DNA of 64,000 nucleotides from Octopus sinensis (taxonomy: Eukaryota), in contig NC_043001.1 of assembly GCF_006345805.1 (NCBI RefSeq), positions 78,926,001 through 78,990,000 of the forward strand. Direction: 5' to 3'. Below are positions 11,911 through 25,347 of the stretch, piece by piece. Numbering within the stretch: the first letter of the stretch is position 1; every line of letters starts with the position of its first letter. The notes under the pieces were generated by a model. It was not told the DNA's origin. It searched no databases and saw only the letters and a list, made by a program, of their open reading frames with translations. The translations under genes were made by a program, and so were the position numbers.

Positions 11911-12114
11911 CTTTTCTTCTTTTATTTGTTTCAGTTACTAGACTGTGGCCATGCTGGAGTACCGCCTTGAGGAATTTTAGTCGACCTAATCACCCCAGTG
12001 ATGATTTTTTTAATCGTGGCACTTGTTCTATTGAACTCTGTTGCCGAACCATTAACGTCCGGATACGTAAACACATCACACCGGTTGACAAGCGGTGGTG
12101 GAGGACAAACACAG
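11911..12114 (-). mobile_element. SINE family B, 3' half
   Basis: gtttcagttactagactgtggccatgctggagtaccgcc...gccgaacc...cgtaaacacatcacaccggttgacaagcg. Confidence 0.82.
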
Positions 12115-12207
12115 ACATACACATACACTAACACACACACACACACACACATGCAATATATATATATATATAATATATATATATATATTATATATATATA
12201 TATAATA

Positions 12208-12253
<46 letters not shown>

Positions 12254-12295
12254 ATATAATATATATATATATAAATAATTATTACCATTATTATT

Positions 12296-12719
12296 ATGTG
12301 CGCGACATGCTGATCTCATATCAAGATAACAGCACATGACCTTGCAGGTGGAGCCCAGTTAGAATTTTCTTCAGATCGAGTAACACATCCCGCTCAAAAG
12401 GTCCTTGAATAAGGGTTGTTTAGGGACGTTGAACGAAACACCCATGTTTCTAGAGGTGAATTATTCAAACCCCAAAGAATCCTTCTCAACACATGGCTAT
12501 GATGCTCCCCCACTACTTCTGCTCGTGATCAGAGATGCACATATCGTCAGCCACTCAGGGACATGCTCAACTGGTTAAGGTCAAACAACTGACAAGCAAA
12601 TCTGTGGTATTGAGCAGAATATTTGCTGTAGCCCATCTTTTATACCAAGACAAAACAATGTACATGATAACACTTCCAATCAGTTAAGATCAGAAGCCAT
12701 GAGAGCCACTGCCTGGTAC

Positions 12720-12720
<1 letters not shown>
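12296..12720 (-). mobile_element. Repeat family C (probable 3' UTR of an R4/Dong-like retrotransposon)
   Basis: Reverse complement matches 29055-29630 and 44594-44992. Flanked by (ATT)n on both sides. Confidence 0.85.
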
Positions 12721-12757
<37 letters not shown>

Positions 12758-12788
12758 ATTATTATTATTATTATTATCATTATAATTG

Positions 12789-12847
<59 letters not shown>

Positions 12848-12912
12848 AGCAATAATGATAATAATAATAATAATAATAACAATAACAATAATAATAACGG
12901 TAATAATAATGA
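12721..12912. repeat. (ATT)n followed by (AAT)n trinucleotide array
   Basis: Direct reading. Source of the poly-I/L ORF 12640-12927. Confidence 0.95.
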
Positions 12913-12959
12913 TAAATTAGCCAGCAATTATATATGTAAAATATACAAAAATATAAGTA

Positions 12960-13259
12960 GGGTACCAGAGTACAACTTGCTAGAAAGAGAACCTAGCACT
13001 CCAAAACCACAAATTTCTCACTATTAATGTGATGAATATTTTAAAAAATCAGTGAGAATAGCTGACGATCCTTGAATACAAAGTTATAAAAGGTGAGATC
13101 AATTGATACCAGGATATCTGTTTCGTGTTTTTGTAATTTATACACGGTAAGCCTATTTTATTATATTCAATGCATTCATAGTGCGTATTTATTAATAGTG
13201 AGAAATGTGCGGTTTTGGAGTGCTAGCTCCTCTTTCCAGCACGTGGTTTTCTGGTACCC
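12960..13259. mobile_element. MITE with about 68-bp terminal inverted repeats
   Basis: gggtaccagagtacaacttgctagaaagagaacctagcactccaaaaccacaaatttctcactattaa versus ttaatagtgagaaatgtgcggttttggagtgctagctcctctttccagcacgtggttttctggtaccc. Confidence 0.85.
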
Positions 13260-13332
13260 AGCGTTATATATACATGTGTGTGTGTGTGTGTGCGTGTGTG
13301 TGTTTGCATGTGTGTGTATGTGTGTGTGTATG

Positions 13333-13500
13333 TACGACGGATTTCTTTCAGTTTCCGTCTACCAAATCCTCTTACAAGGCTTTGGTCGGCCCGAGGCTAT
13401 AATAGAAGACACGTGCCCAAGATGCCACGCAGTGGGACTGAGCCCAGGTCCATGTGGCTGAAAAGCAAACTTCTTTCCACATAACCACGCCTTCGCCTAT
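13333..13500 (-). mobile_element. SINE family B, 5' half
   Basis: cgacggatttctttcagtttccgtctaccaaatcc...gcccaagatgccacgcagtgggactgagccc. Confidence 0.85.
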
Positions 13501-14270
13501 TCACAGGCACACTTAAATGAACAGTGTAAGATCCAGGGCTTTATGCATCTTTAACAGAAAGCTATTTCACTGTATATACTGATATATTCGTGTTAATTAA
13601 TGCTTAAGAGATTTGGATGCATTTGGACGATAGAAAACCTTCCGTCGCAGAAATAGTCCTGGGTGAAAATTCTTCTCTTGACATATATAAAAACAGATAA
13701 TAGACTGTAAATGACGCCACTGGATCGTAAGATGCATGCGATTCTTTGTCCTGCAGCTCCGTCACCTAGGAGCATCTATTAATATTAGGCCAGCTAAACT
13801 TTAACAAATGACGTCGCAGAAAGCAGCATTCTAGCTTGAACATTCTTTATGCAAATAAGCAAGTGCATCGTATACTATTTTTATAAGAATATTTTCGTTC
13901 TTTCAGTGTATTGAATGCCTGATTACGAATACTTAGCTGACGAAGTGATAACGGAAGGTCTTCTCACGTCCGAGTGCACTCAACCCACATGAATAATGCT
14001 TTACAAGAAAAAAGTATTTTTTCAACGCTTATTCGTGCTAGAATACTTATTCAGCTGTAGCTTAACCAGACGTTACGCAAATCAGTAAACTTATGCTATA
14101 CTGTTGTATTTAGAATAATTATTTGTTATCGGATCGTGAGTGACAGATGTACTGCGTGATGACTTTTACTTAGGTTTAATCGTGCGGGAGTTTGCGTACA
14201 GACACGAGTATGTGATTTGCAGCAACCTCTTTAAGCCAAATCTATATATTTTCTCCTAATTATTTATCAA

Positions 14271-14652
14271 CTAGCAGTATCGCCCGGCGTTGCTCGGGTT
14301 TGTAAGGGAAATAACTATAAAGCATTTTTAGAGAGTTATAGCCAAAAAATAGCAAAAAATGGGAAAAAAATGATGGTAAATTTTTTTGAGAGTTAAAAAG
14401 GTCGAGTTGCGTCCCCATGACAGTCTGTAGTTTGTGTTTCTGATTCTCGACCCCATGTCGAATTTATCGATTTTTTTCAGAATTGGGGGAACTTTTCAAA
14501 ATTTTCGCTGCGTTAGTTTTGAATTATGACATTGGGCTATGTGTGTGTCAAGTTTCATCAGAAACGGTTGAAAGCCGTGGTCAGGGTGAGGGTACAAGCA
14601 AACAGACACACAGACACGCAGACAGACAAACTGCCGTTTATATATAGAGAGA
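14271..14652 (-). mobile_element. Non-autonomous Helitron, copy 1
   Basis: Minus strand: A|TC...cccgagcaacgccggg hairpin...CTAG|T. Homologous to 20457-20841 and 32149-32533. Confidence 0.88.
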
Positions 14653-14710
14653 TTCATTTCATGCTTGTTACATTATTTTATGTGTTTGTGTTTATGCACA
14701 TCAGTGATTA

Positions 14711-15184
14711 TACGAGGTGGTATCAAAAAGTTCCCGGACTAGTTTCATGCCCAGCCACAGCCAACAGATGACAGCACACTCTGTTGTGTGCGTAGGGAGA
14801 GCTAGCAGTCACATTCATTAGGCTGTGTACCGCGTGACATCGCTGTGTTTACTTCGAAAGTTCTGAAATTTAGGTTTCTACGGTCATATGTATGCTGAAA
14901 TTTGCAACTTTGTCTTGGACAGGAACAAAGAACGAACATAAAAATTTTGCGTTAATCTTAGAGAGTCTGCCACAAACACATTGAACATGCTTCGGCAAGC
15001 TTACGGCAAAAAGGCAACGTGTCGAACACAATGTTTTGAGCAGCAAGGGCACTACAGACAACACGGGCACTTCAAACAGCACGACAGAGTCAAGGCTCAG
15101 TCAAGAGATAATGTTAAAACGTAGGTAAATAAGTAATTTTTATTAAACACAACTAGTCCGGAAGTCTTTTGATGCCATCTTGCA
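14711..15184 (+). mobile_element. Internally deleted mariner (MITE-like)
   Basis: TIRs tacgaggtggtatcaaaaagttcccggactagtt and aactagtccggaagtcttttgatgccatcttgca. N-terminal remnant EQRTNIK(F)CVNLRESATNTLNMLRQAYGKKATCRTQCFEQ (mariner HTH). Confidence 0.9.
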
Positions 15185-15919
15185 TGTGCTTCAGTATGAC
15201 ATGTTTATCCTTCTATATAAATCATATTACAAATACTAAGAATGCATATTTTCACGTCTAAATATAAATGATAACGCATATGCATGTGTGTACGAGTGTA
15301 TAGTTATGATTTTGTAGAGACAGGCCCTGCGAAAGTATGGCGGGGAACAGACAGAATCGGTAATAAGTCGAAGAAAATGCTTTATAGTATTTCTTTTGCA
15401 TACTGAGTTGATATCCCTTTGAGGTCAGTTTTGTCTCCATTAACCGCGGGGTCGATACAATAAAGTATAAGTCTAGTACTAGGAGTTATGTTATCGGCTT
15501 GCCCACCCACGTTGAAAATTGCCTGCTTTGAAGACTGCAGTGGACCGGTACTGAGATCTCAATAAATTTTACCGGGTATCCGGCACTAATTCCTTGGGTT
15601 CAATGAAAATATCGTAACAGTAAAGATCTTATAACAATATACAAACACATGTAAATATATACCTGTGTTTTCTATTTGTATTGGCTAGAAGAATTTTGAA
15701 TGCTTATTATATCAATCAGTGAATGGGTATATAGATTGCTAATATGTGAGAAGAAATGCTTTTCAAAGAATTCTAGTAACTTCTAGAATGTTCAATGTTT
15801 TCGGGGTATAGAAATTCGATGAAGTGTATTGTGCTTATTTTGAAATGTTTTTTTTTTCAGAATAACGCTCTAAGTTCTTCCCTCTCTCATTCAGACATAT
15901 GTTTATTCATGTTTGTGCT

Positions 15920-15973
15920 TGTGTGTGTGTGTGTGTGTGTGTGTGTGAGCGTATATATTTACATATATAATAT

Positions 15974-16021
<48 letters not shown>

Positions 16022-16022
16022 C

Positions 16023-16061
<39 letters not shown>

Positions 16062-16229
16062 ATATACATATATATATACATATATATGTATATATATATA
16101 CATATATATACATATATTATATACATATATATATATACATATATATGTATATATATATATACATATATATACATATATTTATATACATATATATATATAT
16201 TAATATATTTATCTATTATTTATACATAT

Positions 16230-16284
<55 letters not shown>

Positions 16285-16420
16285 AATTCTAGATAAATAT
16301 ATAAATATATATATGTATATAAATATATGTATGTATATATATATATGTATATACATCCACACACACATATATATATATTATATATATATGTATATAATAT
16401 ATATATATATATATGTTAGT
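15920..16420. repeat. Long imperfect (TG)n-(TA)n array
   Basis: Direct reading. Confidence 0.95.
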
Positions 16421-19400
16421 ATGTAAGTATCTATGCATGTGTATGCATGCATGTACGTATATATCGTATGAAATGCAATGTTCATGCAGAAGACTTTTCT
16501 GACAGTATAATCCAACGCTAGTCGTTGCATATTGTAATTGCATTTTACAGGTGAGTGGCGCAATGACAGCAATGTTGCTTCATGCATTAAATCACACGAG
16601 AATCAGGCGTATATACCCCCAATCATATTCCATAATATGGCGCATATTCTTTCTGCGTGTGTAAACCTCTATGTGTCTTGTTTCGTGAACGACCTGTGGA
16701 TATACGTACACATATGACTGCGTGAGGACTCGTTTCACTGATCCTGCTTGTGCGTTTTTCTCCAATAAAAATTGTGTGAACTTTGCAGTGCATGCATGGA
16801 TATATATGAGTATGTGTATATTTGTGAACTATCCAGTGTGATTATGTATGTATGGGAATATCCTTTGTATACCCGTGGGTGTTTCCAGAAATGTGTTCTC
16901 GGAAGTATGTGTTTCTAAGTCTCCGTGCATAGACTAATGTTTGTGTGTCCCTATGTGCTTCTTTGCTTGAGTGTTAGTGCCAACTAAGTTTTCAAGAATA
17001 AGTGTGATCACTTCTTATATATCTGTGTGTTTGTATGTGTATCAGTATGAATTCATGTGCGTATGTATGTATATGTGTGTGAATGTGAGAGAGTATGACA
17101 GCTCAGTTCTCTGGGCATATAGTGTATGAATGGGAGGGCATAACAGTATGTGTGCATATATGTGCATTGGATCTACATCTGAATATAGGTGAATCAATTA
17201 TATTTATTGTATTTCATATGAGTCTATATATATGTGTCAGGATATTACTAAACTCCTTATTGCTTGTTTAAGTTCCATTAAGCTTCAAACTTGTGAATGG
17301 AGGGTTGTGTATGTGTGTGATTGTCTTGTGTGTGAATGTATGTATAGGTATGTGAATCTGGTTGAGTGCATGAGAGTGTTTATGTGTTTTTCATAACAGA
17401 GGATATTAGGAAATGTAATTTGCTGTTTTATAATAAGAATAGGATAATTATTTGTATGTGCATAATTGAACGCAGGTATATAAAACTACATGCATACGTA
17501 CCAATGTATGCCTATATAAATATATGGATATGTGTGTGGGCGAGTAAATATATATTCATATATGCAGACAAATGCTCATGCCAACAACATATGGGTATGT
17601 ATGTGTAAATGTCTATTTATGAGGTGGGTATGCCTATTCATTTAGATGTATGTATGCATGTTTTCATACATTTATGAATACATGTGTGCGTGAATATTTT
17701 CATTTATACGCTAAATGTGTGCGTGCGCATCTAAGTGAATATGAATATCAACGTAAGTAATGCTCCAGCATGACCTCAGTCTCTGGTTTAAACCGGTAAA
17801 CAATAAGATATAAAAAATCCCTTGCATGGTTGGCGCCACGAACAATATAGTACAAAATATAATTTGACGTATTCTTTTTTTATACAAATCTTATAATACG
17901 TATGTAATAATGAGTGTTAGTGAACGTGTGGGGTGTGCCTGTGCACGAATAAATAAGCTAAGTTGCATTGACGTGTCATCAGTGCGATATAGTTACTCAA
18001 TTAAATTGAACTTTTATGAATACAATTAATCAACGTTAAAATTGATATGTACCGCCCTGTATCTTGATTCTAGATTTTCGACGATCCAATGTACCAAACA
18101 CTAAACCCTGGAGGATTTAAAAACGAGATAGTTCCTTTCGCCAGTAAAATACGATTTCAAATGAATCTCTATTTCACATGCTTTTTTTGAAATTGAAACT
18201 TTGATACCTTCTTTAATTAGTCCGTGATTGTTTATTTTGTGGTTTAAACCTTAGTTCGGAACTGTATGGAGATAGATGGAACAGTGTTAAGCAACGAACA
18301 CTTTGGCATGTGATACTTATTTTAAGCTAGTCATGTAAAATTTGTGTTCGTTTCTTATGCTCTGTATACCATGTTGAGTGATTGCATAGGGCATGTACCT
18401 TTGCTTTCTTTCATTAGTTTGCTGTTGTTGTTTAGCCCCAAGTCAACCATGATTGACGAGACATAATCAAAAATACTCCATCCACTCAAGATTATCTAGA
18501 AATATTTATTTAAAGCCATGAGTATCCACTCAAGAGTATCTAGAAATAATTATTTAAAACAACTGCATTTTTAAAAGCATGTGTCATGATTGGATGGCAT
18601 TCTAACTGCTATTTCTGACAGGTCGATCGACCAAGTAAATAAACTGTCGTTGATGGATCGTTTAGGAATCTATTATTGTTGATGTTGGCAAAAATACTGA
18701 ACTCCATCGTAACAAGAAGGCTCTATTTAAACATCCGGTGTTTTACGGGTAAATTCAGATAAATGCTGCAATGTATCACTAAATTCCAGAATGCCACAAA
18801 TGGATGTTAAAATCACCAGGATCTGAATTGACAGCTAATTGATGACAATATCTTATAATAGTAGCTTAATGCAGATTGTAAATATAATATCCAATACGCA
18901 GAAATTGATTCAGCGCATATGATATATATTGTCGATATATAAATAAGCCTTAATGGAATCTATTTTTCTCTCTCTCTATCTCTCTCTCCTGTCCATATAT
19001 ATATATATATATATATATACATAGTATACGGTTCTGTTATTCGTGGCATTTACAAAAAAGTGCTCTGTCCAGTAAGAGATAAATATCTTTTAATATATAC
19101 AGGATTTAAATGCGAGGTATTGTTAGTTTCATGCCCCTGATAATACAATGGTCGAACGAACTTGTATAGTGTCCTATATGTTTCCGGGCAATCCTTCAAG
19201 ATCAAATATATACTTTTGTGTATTTACTGTACGTGAATTGTTAGAGGGGTTAAATCCCATAGTAACGCCGGATGTAAAAGTATATGTGGTGGATAACGTT
19301 TATTCCACCATAGAAATTCATATTTGAACTTATTCCTGCGTGTGCATTATCTGGGCAACATGTAAGTCGTGGACTGGTGAGGTAGTTTATCGCCGATCGT

Positions 19401-19610
19401 GTTGGTACTTGATGCTGACAAGCCACGAAAAATAGCGTAACATCAATGTCTCTCACACCTCTTTGGGATTGAAGGTGAGTTATCTCGCCTGTCCATGACT
19501 CTAAGGAGTTTTAACACTCCGCGCTTTGAGAGAGTATTCTTCATGTCTCAAATAACAGCTTACCGGCAAATACACAAAGCATATGTTTTAAGTATGTGTG
19601 GTTAACAACA

Positions 19611-20456
19611 TTAAGTAAGATTGTTCTGTTTATCAAGTTAGCCTTGATATTAACTCTCACGCGACTCTGCATCTTTCTTTCTTTCTCTCCCATTCCCTTT
19701 TTCGTCTTTTTTTCCCTCACTTAACTTGTCTCTTCCTCTCTCTCTCATTCTCTATTCTCTCTCTCCCTTTCACCATTCTTCATGGTCTCCTCGCACCATT
19801 CCCTTTCTCTCTTCTCTCTCTTCCTCTTGCTCCTCCTCCCCCATTCCCGTCGTCCATCTGCGACGATACTTCCGTCGTAACTGCTATCCTGTCTTTTCTC
19901 GCCCGCCTTCTAAGGCTACTGGTCGACACATTTTCTCTCTCTCGTCGTCCACGATAATCCAGCGTTTGCAATACTTTTTTCGTCTGGCGTTAACAGCCCT
20001 TCTTATCTTGTTCTCCTTGTCCTGTCTCTCACTGTTATATATTTATTTTTCCACTGTTTATATATATATTTTTTACTGTTTATATGTTTGTACTGTCGTT
20101 ACCGTCTTGCCTTTTTTTACCCCTCTGCGAAAAGATCTCAGAATTTTAATTGATTTGCTTTTCGCGGGAAGGAGTTTTCTTCGAAGTATACGTCTCGCTT
20201 TTATCATTCGAAACGTTTAGTAGATGAAACCTTAGCGACTGAAGAAGGGGATTTTTCGTTGTGCTTATTGTCCTGTATCTCTCTTTTTTTTTTTTTTGCT
20301 TGTCTTGTTCCTTGGTTTGTATCTATGTGTTTCGTCTCTCTATTGTTCGACGTCTTTTTGGTGTCCTGTACACATATATGCGTGTATATGTACATGTAGA
20401 GGTAGGTACGTACATATATGTTTATATATATGCATATGTTCTTTTTTATTAACATA
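19611..20456 (+). repeat. About 845-bp local duplication, copy 1
   Basis: Collinear with 20868-21705 end to end, with scattered substitutions and 1-nt indels. Confidence 0.93.
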
Positions 20457-20841
20457 CTAGCAGTATCGCCCGGCGTTGCTCGTGTTTGTAAGGGAAATAA
20501 CTATAAAGCATTTTTAGAGAGTTATACCCAAAAAATAGCAAAAAAAATGGGAAAAAAATGATGGTAAATTTTTTTTTTTAGTTAAAAAGGTCGAGTTGCG
20601 TCCCCTAGACTGTCTGTGGTTTGTGTTTCTGATTCTCGACCCCATGTCGAATTTATCGATCTTTTTCAGAACTGGGGGAACTTTTCAAAATTTTCGCTGC
20701 ATTAGTTTTGAATTATGACATTGGGCTATGTGTGTGTCAAGTTTCATCAGAATCGGTTGAAAGCCGTGGTCAGGGTGAGGGTACAAGCAAACAGACACAC
20801 AGAAACACGCACAGACAAACTGCCGTTTATATAGAGAGAGA
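20457..20841 (-). mobile_element. Non-autonomous Helitron, copy 2
   Basis: ctagcagtatcgcccggcgttgctcg...ctgccgtttatatagagagaga. Same termini as copies 1 and 3. Confidence 0.88.
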
Positions 20842-20867
20842 TTATACGACTAAACGCACGCACCCTA

Positions 20868-21705
20868 TTAAGTAATATTGTTCTGTTTATCAAGTTAGCC
20901 TTGATATTAACTCTCACGCGACTCTGCATCTTTCTTTCTTTCTCTCCCATTCCCTTTTTCGTCTTTTTTTCCCTCACTCAACTTGTCTCTTCCTCTCTCT
21001 CTCATTCTCTATTCTCTCTCTCCCTTTCACCATTCTTCATGGTCTCCTCGCACCATTCCCCTTCTTCTCTCTCTTCCTCTTGCTCCTCCTCCCCCATTCC
21101 CGTCGTCCATCTGCGACGATAACTTCCGTCGTAACTGCTATCCTGTCTTTTCTCGCCCGCCTTCTAAGGCTACTGGTCGACACATTTTCTCTCTCTCGTC
21201 GTCCACGATAATCCAGCGTTTGCAATACTTTTTTCGTCTGGCGTTAACAGCCCTTCTTATCTTGTTCTCCTTGTCCTGTCTCTCACTGTTATATATTTAT
21301 TTTTCCACTGTTTATATATATATTTTTTACTGTTTATATGTTTGTACTGTCGTTACCGTCTTGCCTTTTTTTACCCCTCTGCGAAAAGATCTCAGAATTT
21401 TAATTGATTTGCTTTTCGCGGGAAGGAAGTTTTCTTCGAAGTATACGCCTCGCTTTTATCCTTCGAACGTTTAGTAGATGAAACCTTAGCGATTGAAGAG
21501 GGGATTTTTCGTTGTGCTTATTGTCCTGTATCTCTCTTTTTTTTTGCTTGTCTTGTTCCTTGGTTTGTGTCTATGTGTTTCGTCTCTCTATGTGTTCGAC
21601 GTCTTTTTGGTGTCCTGTACACATATATGCGTGTATATGTACATGTAGAGGTAGGTACGTACATATATGTTTATATATATGCATATGTTCTATTTTATTA
21701 ACATA
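20868..21705 (+). repeat. About 840-bp local duplication, copy 2
   Basis: See copy 1. Confidence 0.93.
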
Positions 21706-22907
21706 TACATATATATATATATATACACATACACACACACGCATACATGTGTGTGTGTGTGTGTGTGTTAATGTAGAAAGGAAAGGCAAACAATTTGGCA
21801 AGCATTGACATTTTAATTTAACTTACCTATACAAAGAAGGATAGAGATAATCTCTGATAGCTGTTTCTAGGATATGAATCAAGGGAAAACCACTTCTAGC
21901 GGCTTTAGATAAGGCATTCACAAAATCACAACTTCAGATCGGAATTTTGAAGCATACCTATCTGAGCACCCCCTATTAGTTTGAGACATCTTGACGAAAT
22001 CTTCTCGTATTTATACATAGACATGCGCACGCACACACACACACATACGTCCGTGTTCACACAAACACACGCGCGCATTTGTCATCACTTAGCAGTCAGT
22101 TCCGACTCTGGTGATATCAACCTTTTAACGTACAGCCGTGGCTTTCTCGAAGTTAGTGATATAGAGCAGCATTTATCTGAATGCTTCTACATATGTATAA
22201 ATATGAATATATATTTACAGGTGTATGTGTGCGTGTATGTGTGTCTCTGTATATATTAATGATGTAGAATGCATTGAAATATAGTGAGATAGGAGTTTAA
22301 AAGAGACTGGAAATTTACTAGAATTCAAGTTGAAAATATAGGTTAAATGCTAAAACAGAACGATAACAAAGGAGAGTCTCTATTGAAATTTGTGTTTAGC
22401 ATTTTAATTATCATCTGACAACACTCCATCTTCTCACATCATAGTTTTTGTTAGCAGTAGAATTCTAATGAGGAATGGTAATTAATGGGCGCACTGCATG
22501 ACAGCTGCGTAGGTTAATGAAATTTATTTGTGATCTGATTTTTTGTGGATGAAATTGCACTGTTAACAGACACAAGTTCTGGGTAAAAGAACAAAGTACA
22601 AAGAACGAGGACCATGCACAGAAGATGGCGTCTGTAATTAACTAAAAGAAAAATTCTGATGGTACTGCAGATTAATGGCCAAGCTCAAAATTCCAGAATT
22701 TACAATATTGTAGACATATATCATTATCTATATTCCTTCAGTGTCATGCACTTTTATGATCTATTCATGAAATATCGAATATTTGAGCCTTGTTGAAAAT
22801 TGAGCTTTATCCTTCCACACACCCTTCTACACATTCATCCATCCAACTGCCTATCCATTCATCTATCCGTCCATCAATCCTTCCAAAGATACATACATAC
22901 ATAAAAG

Positions 22908-23835
22908 CGAGGTGTGTTTCAGACGTTTTCAGTCTTTTTTTAAGGAGAGGCAGTTGTAACTTTCCTACGATAGTTTGATAATCTAACTTACTTTTGTCAT
23001 TCGGGATCGAAAGTGCCAGCTGCAAAATCAATTTGAACATATGCTTCTAAACACTGTTCGTCACAGCTGACTAGTTTGCAGATATGTAGTCAGGACGTTT
23101 GGAAACCCGTTATGCAATATAGATTTTTGTTAAGCTGGGAAAAACGGAATACACTTGGGAAACACTCCAGACGGTTTATGGATTAACCTAAATAAGCCGA
23201 GCATCTGTTTTCCATTAGCAAAGATGCTCAAGACGTTTGAGATTAGGCGAGAGACGGTAACAGGTGTAGGAATGACAGCCTGAAAGCATTAGAACTGGTT
23301 GAGAATATGCGCAATCTTCTAGATGAAGGAGAACCTCAGAAGCAATTGTTTTGAAAATAAAAGAGGCAGAAGCAAAGGTCTTTGACCCTTCAATGGAGCC
23401 ATCATGGCGTGGTTGTAGAGCTACAAATGCATTCAGTTCAAATGATCCCACTTTGCATGAAATAAAATAACTTATTTGAAATTAATAAATGTCTTTCCTT
23501 AAAAACTCTTAAAACGTGTGGAGTACACCTTGTACATCTTTATCGCTTACTATTCTTTGGTCAGGATACTGAGGTAGAATCATCAGTCAACCCTTCCAAA
23601 ATGGCCTATAGCTTTTCGTCGTTCTCTAGGCTGAAGGAGAACCTCAGGGTAAGTTCTTTTGAAGATGGAGTAAGCTCTGTTAAGGAGCCTGAACAACTTC
23701 ACATTGGAGAAATTCTATGATGTCTTTAGGATGGTGGCAGTTGAAACCAGCACACCTTTCATGAGATAAAATAACATTGAAATTGATAAATGTCTCTTCT
23801 GAAAAACTGTTAAAACTTCTGAAGTGCACTTCGTA
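22908..23835 (+). mobile_element. Degenerate mariner derivative with duplicated right end
   Basis: Left TIR cgaggtgtgtttcagacgtttt. N-terminal RYAI*IFVKLGKTEYTWETLQTVYG...SRASVF. Two C-terminal remnants (MKENLRS; LKENLRVS...LNNFTLEKFYDVF), each followed by a right TIR ending at 23534 and 23835. Confidence 0.8.
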
Positions 23836-24099
23836 TATCTATGTCGCTTAATCTTCATCGGAGTGTCTTTCGGTTAGAACCCTTAAACATCACGTTCAAA
23901 GTACTCTCTCAGAAGTAAAGTTGTTCCACTTATCTTCAGCATTCCCAGAACCGAGACGAAAGACACTATCCGCCCAAGCATATCTAGGTTTATACCATGG
24001 ATTCCTACTAGTAAGTTCGACTTGAAGAATCCGCCTTGTAATTTTTTCTACCATATTCCAGTCACAAGTATGTGGTATCGTACGTGTATATTATTTTGA

Positions 24100-24420
24100 T
24101 ATAAAATTCTAGTAATTCCGAGGGATGCGGATGTGGCTATGCTATTATCCACTGTTCAAACTCCCATTTTCCATGGTCACCAAGTAGCGGAATATTTGGA
24201 CAATTTCTCTTACCTGAGCGTTGTGATCAACGGTGATGCATGAATTGAAAATTTTGTAGAATAGGTTTAGAAAGGCAGGAGCGATATTCCAGCTTATGCA
24301 TGTATCATTGCCGCAATAAAGACCATACCATAAACATGGTGGTGAAATAGTCGGTAAAGTGACAGTACTGATAGCCAAGGAGTTGGACAGATTCCATTAA
24401 TGATTTCTACTAGATATCCC
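24100..24420 (+). pseudogene. Degenerate RTE-like LINE RT C-terminal fragment
   Basis: DADVAMLL, EYLDNFSYLSVVINGD (cf. EVV..F.YLGS.I..DG), RFRKAGAIFQ, KELDRFH occur in RTE order. Confidence 0.65.
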
Positions 24421-24649
24421 CATATTAATCTCTTAGTGAAAAAGTATTTTTATGTTCCGTGGTATGTAAAACCGTGGAACTGTTTTTAAATTCGAAACTT
24501 CAATAACGGCATAGATCCACACGTACATATTTATATATATGCGTGACTGTACGTGTACGTGTATGTGTGCGTGTACGTGTACGTGTATGTGTACGTGTGT
24601 ATGTGTATGTATGTACATGTATGTATGTGTGTATGTGTGAGAAAGAGTG

Positions 24650-24788
24650 TGAAAGAAGATGAAGACGTAGAAGGAGGAGGAGAAAAGGAAGGAAATATAG
24701 GAGGGGAGGAAGAGAAGTAAAAGTAGAAGAAGAGGAAGAGAAGAAGAGGAAGGAGAAGAAGAAGAAGAAGAAGAAGAAGAAGAAGAAA

Positions 24789-24844
<56 letters not shown>

Positions 24845-25289
24845 GATGATGATGATGAAGATGAAGATGATGAAGAAAAGAGAAAGGAGGGTAGAAAAGG
24901 AAGAAGAAGAAGAAGATGATGATGAAGAAAAAGATGAAGGAGAAGAGGAAGTGGAGGAAGAAAAGGAAGAAGAAGGAAAGGAAGAAGAAAAGGAAGAAGA
25001 AGAAGAAGAAGAGGAGGAGGAAGGAGAAGAAGAAAAAGTAGAAACAGAAAAAGACGAAGACGATGATGAAGAAGATGATGATGAAGAAGAAGAAGAAGAA
25101 GAAGAAGAAGAAGAAGAAGAAGAAGGAGAAACGGAAGAAGAAGAAAAGGAAGAAGAAGAAGAAAAGGAAGAAGAAGAAAAGGAAGAAGAAGAAAAGGAAG
25201 AAGAAGAAGAAGAATAAGAAGAAGAAGAAAGAAGAAGAAGAAAGAAGAAGAAGAAGAAAGAAGAAGAAAGAAGAAGAAGAAGGAGAAAC

Positions 25290-25322
<33 letters not shown>

Positions 25323-25347
25323 AGAAGAGGAGGAGGAAGAAGAAGAA
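24650..25347. repeat. Purine-rich (GAA/GAT/GAG)n array with 15-nt higher-order units (gaagaagaaaaggaa)
   Basis: Direct reading. Source of the poly-M/E/K and poly-S ORFs. Confidence 0.95.

Noticed and set aside
13885-14010. Candidate exon after ttttcgttctttcag
   Set aside because: All three frames close within about 30 nt of the acceptor and there is no good donor.
14548-14565. gtttcatcag in the Helitron (CTGATGAAAC on the minus strand) as a hammerhead
   Set aside because: No stem II between the core halves and no stems I or III.
19726-21474. 164/163-aa ORFs in the duplicated unit
   Set aside because: Low-complexity pyrimidine-rich sequence, and the two copies differ by frameshifting indels.
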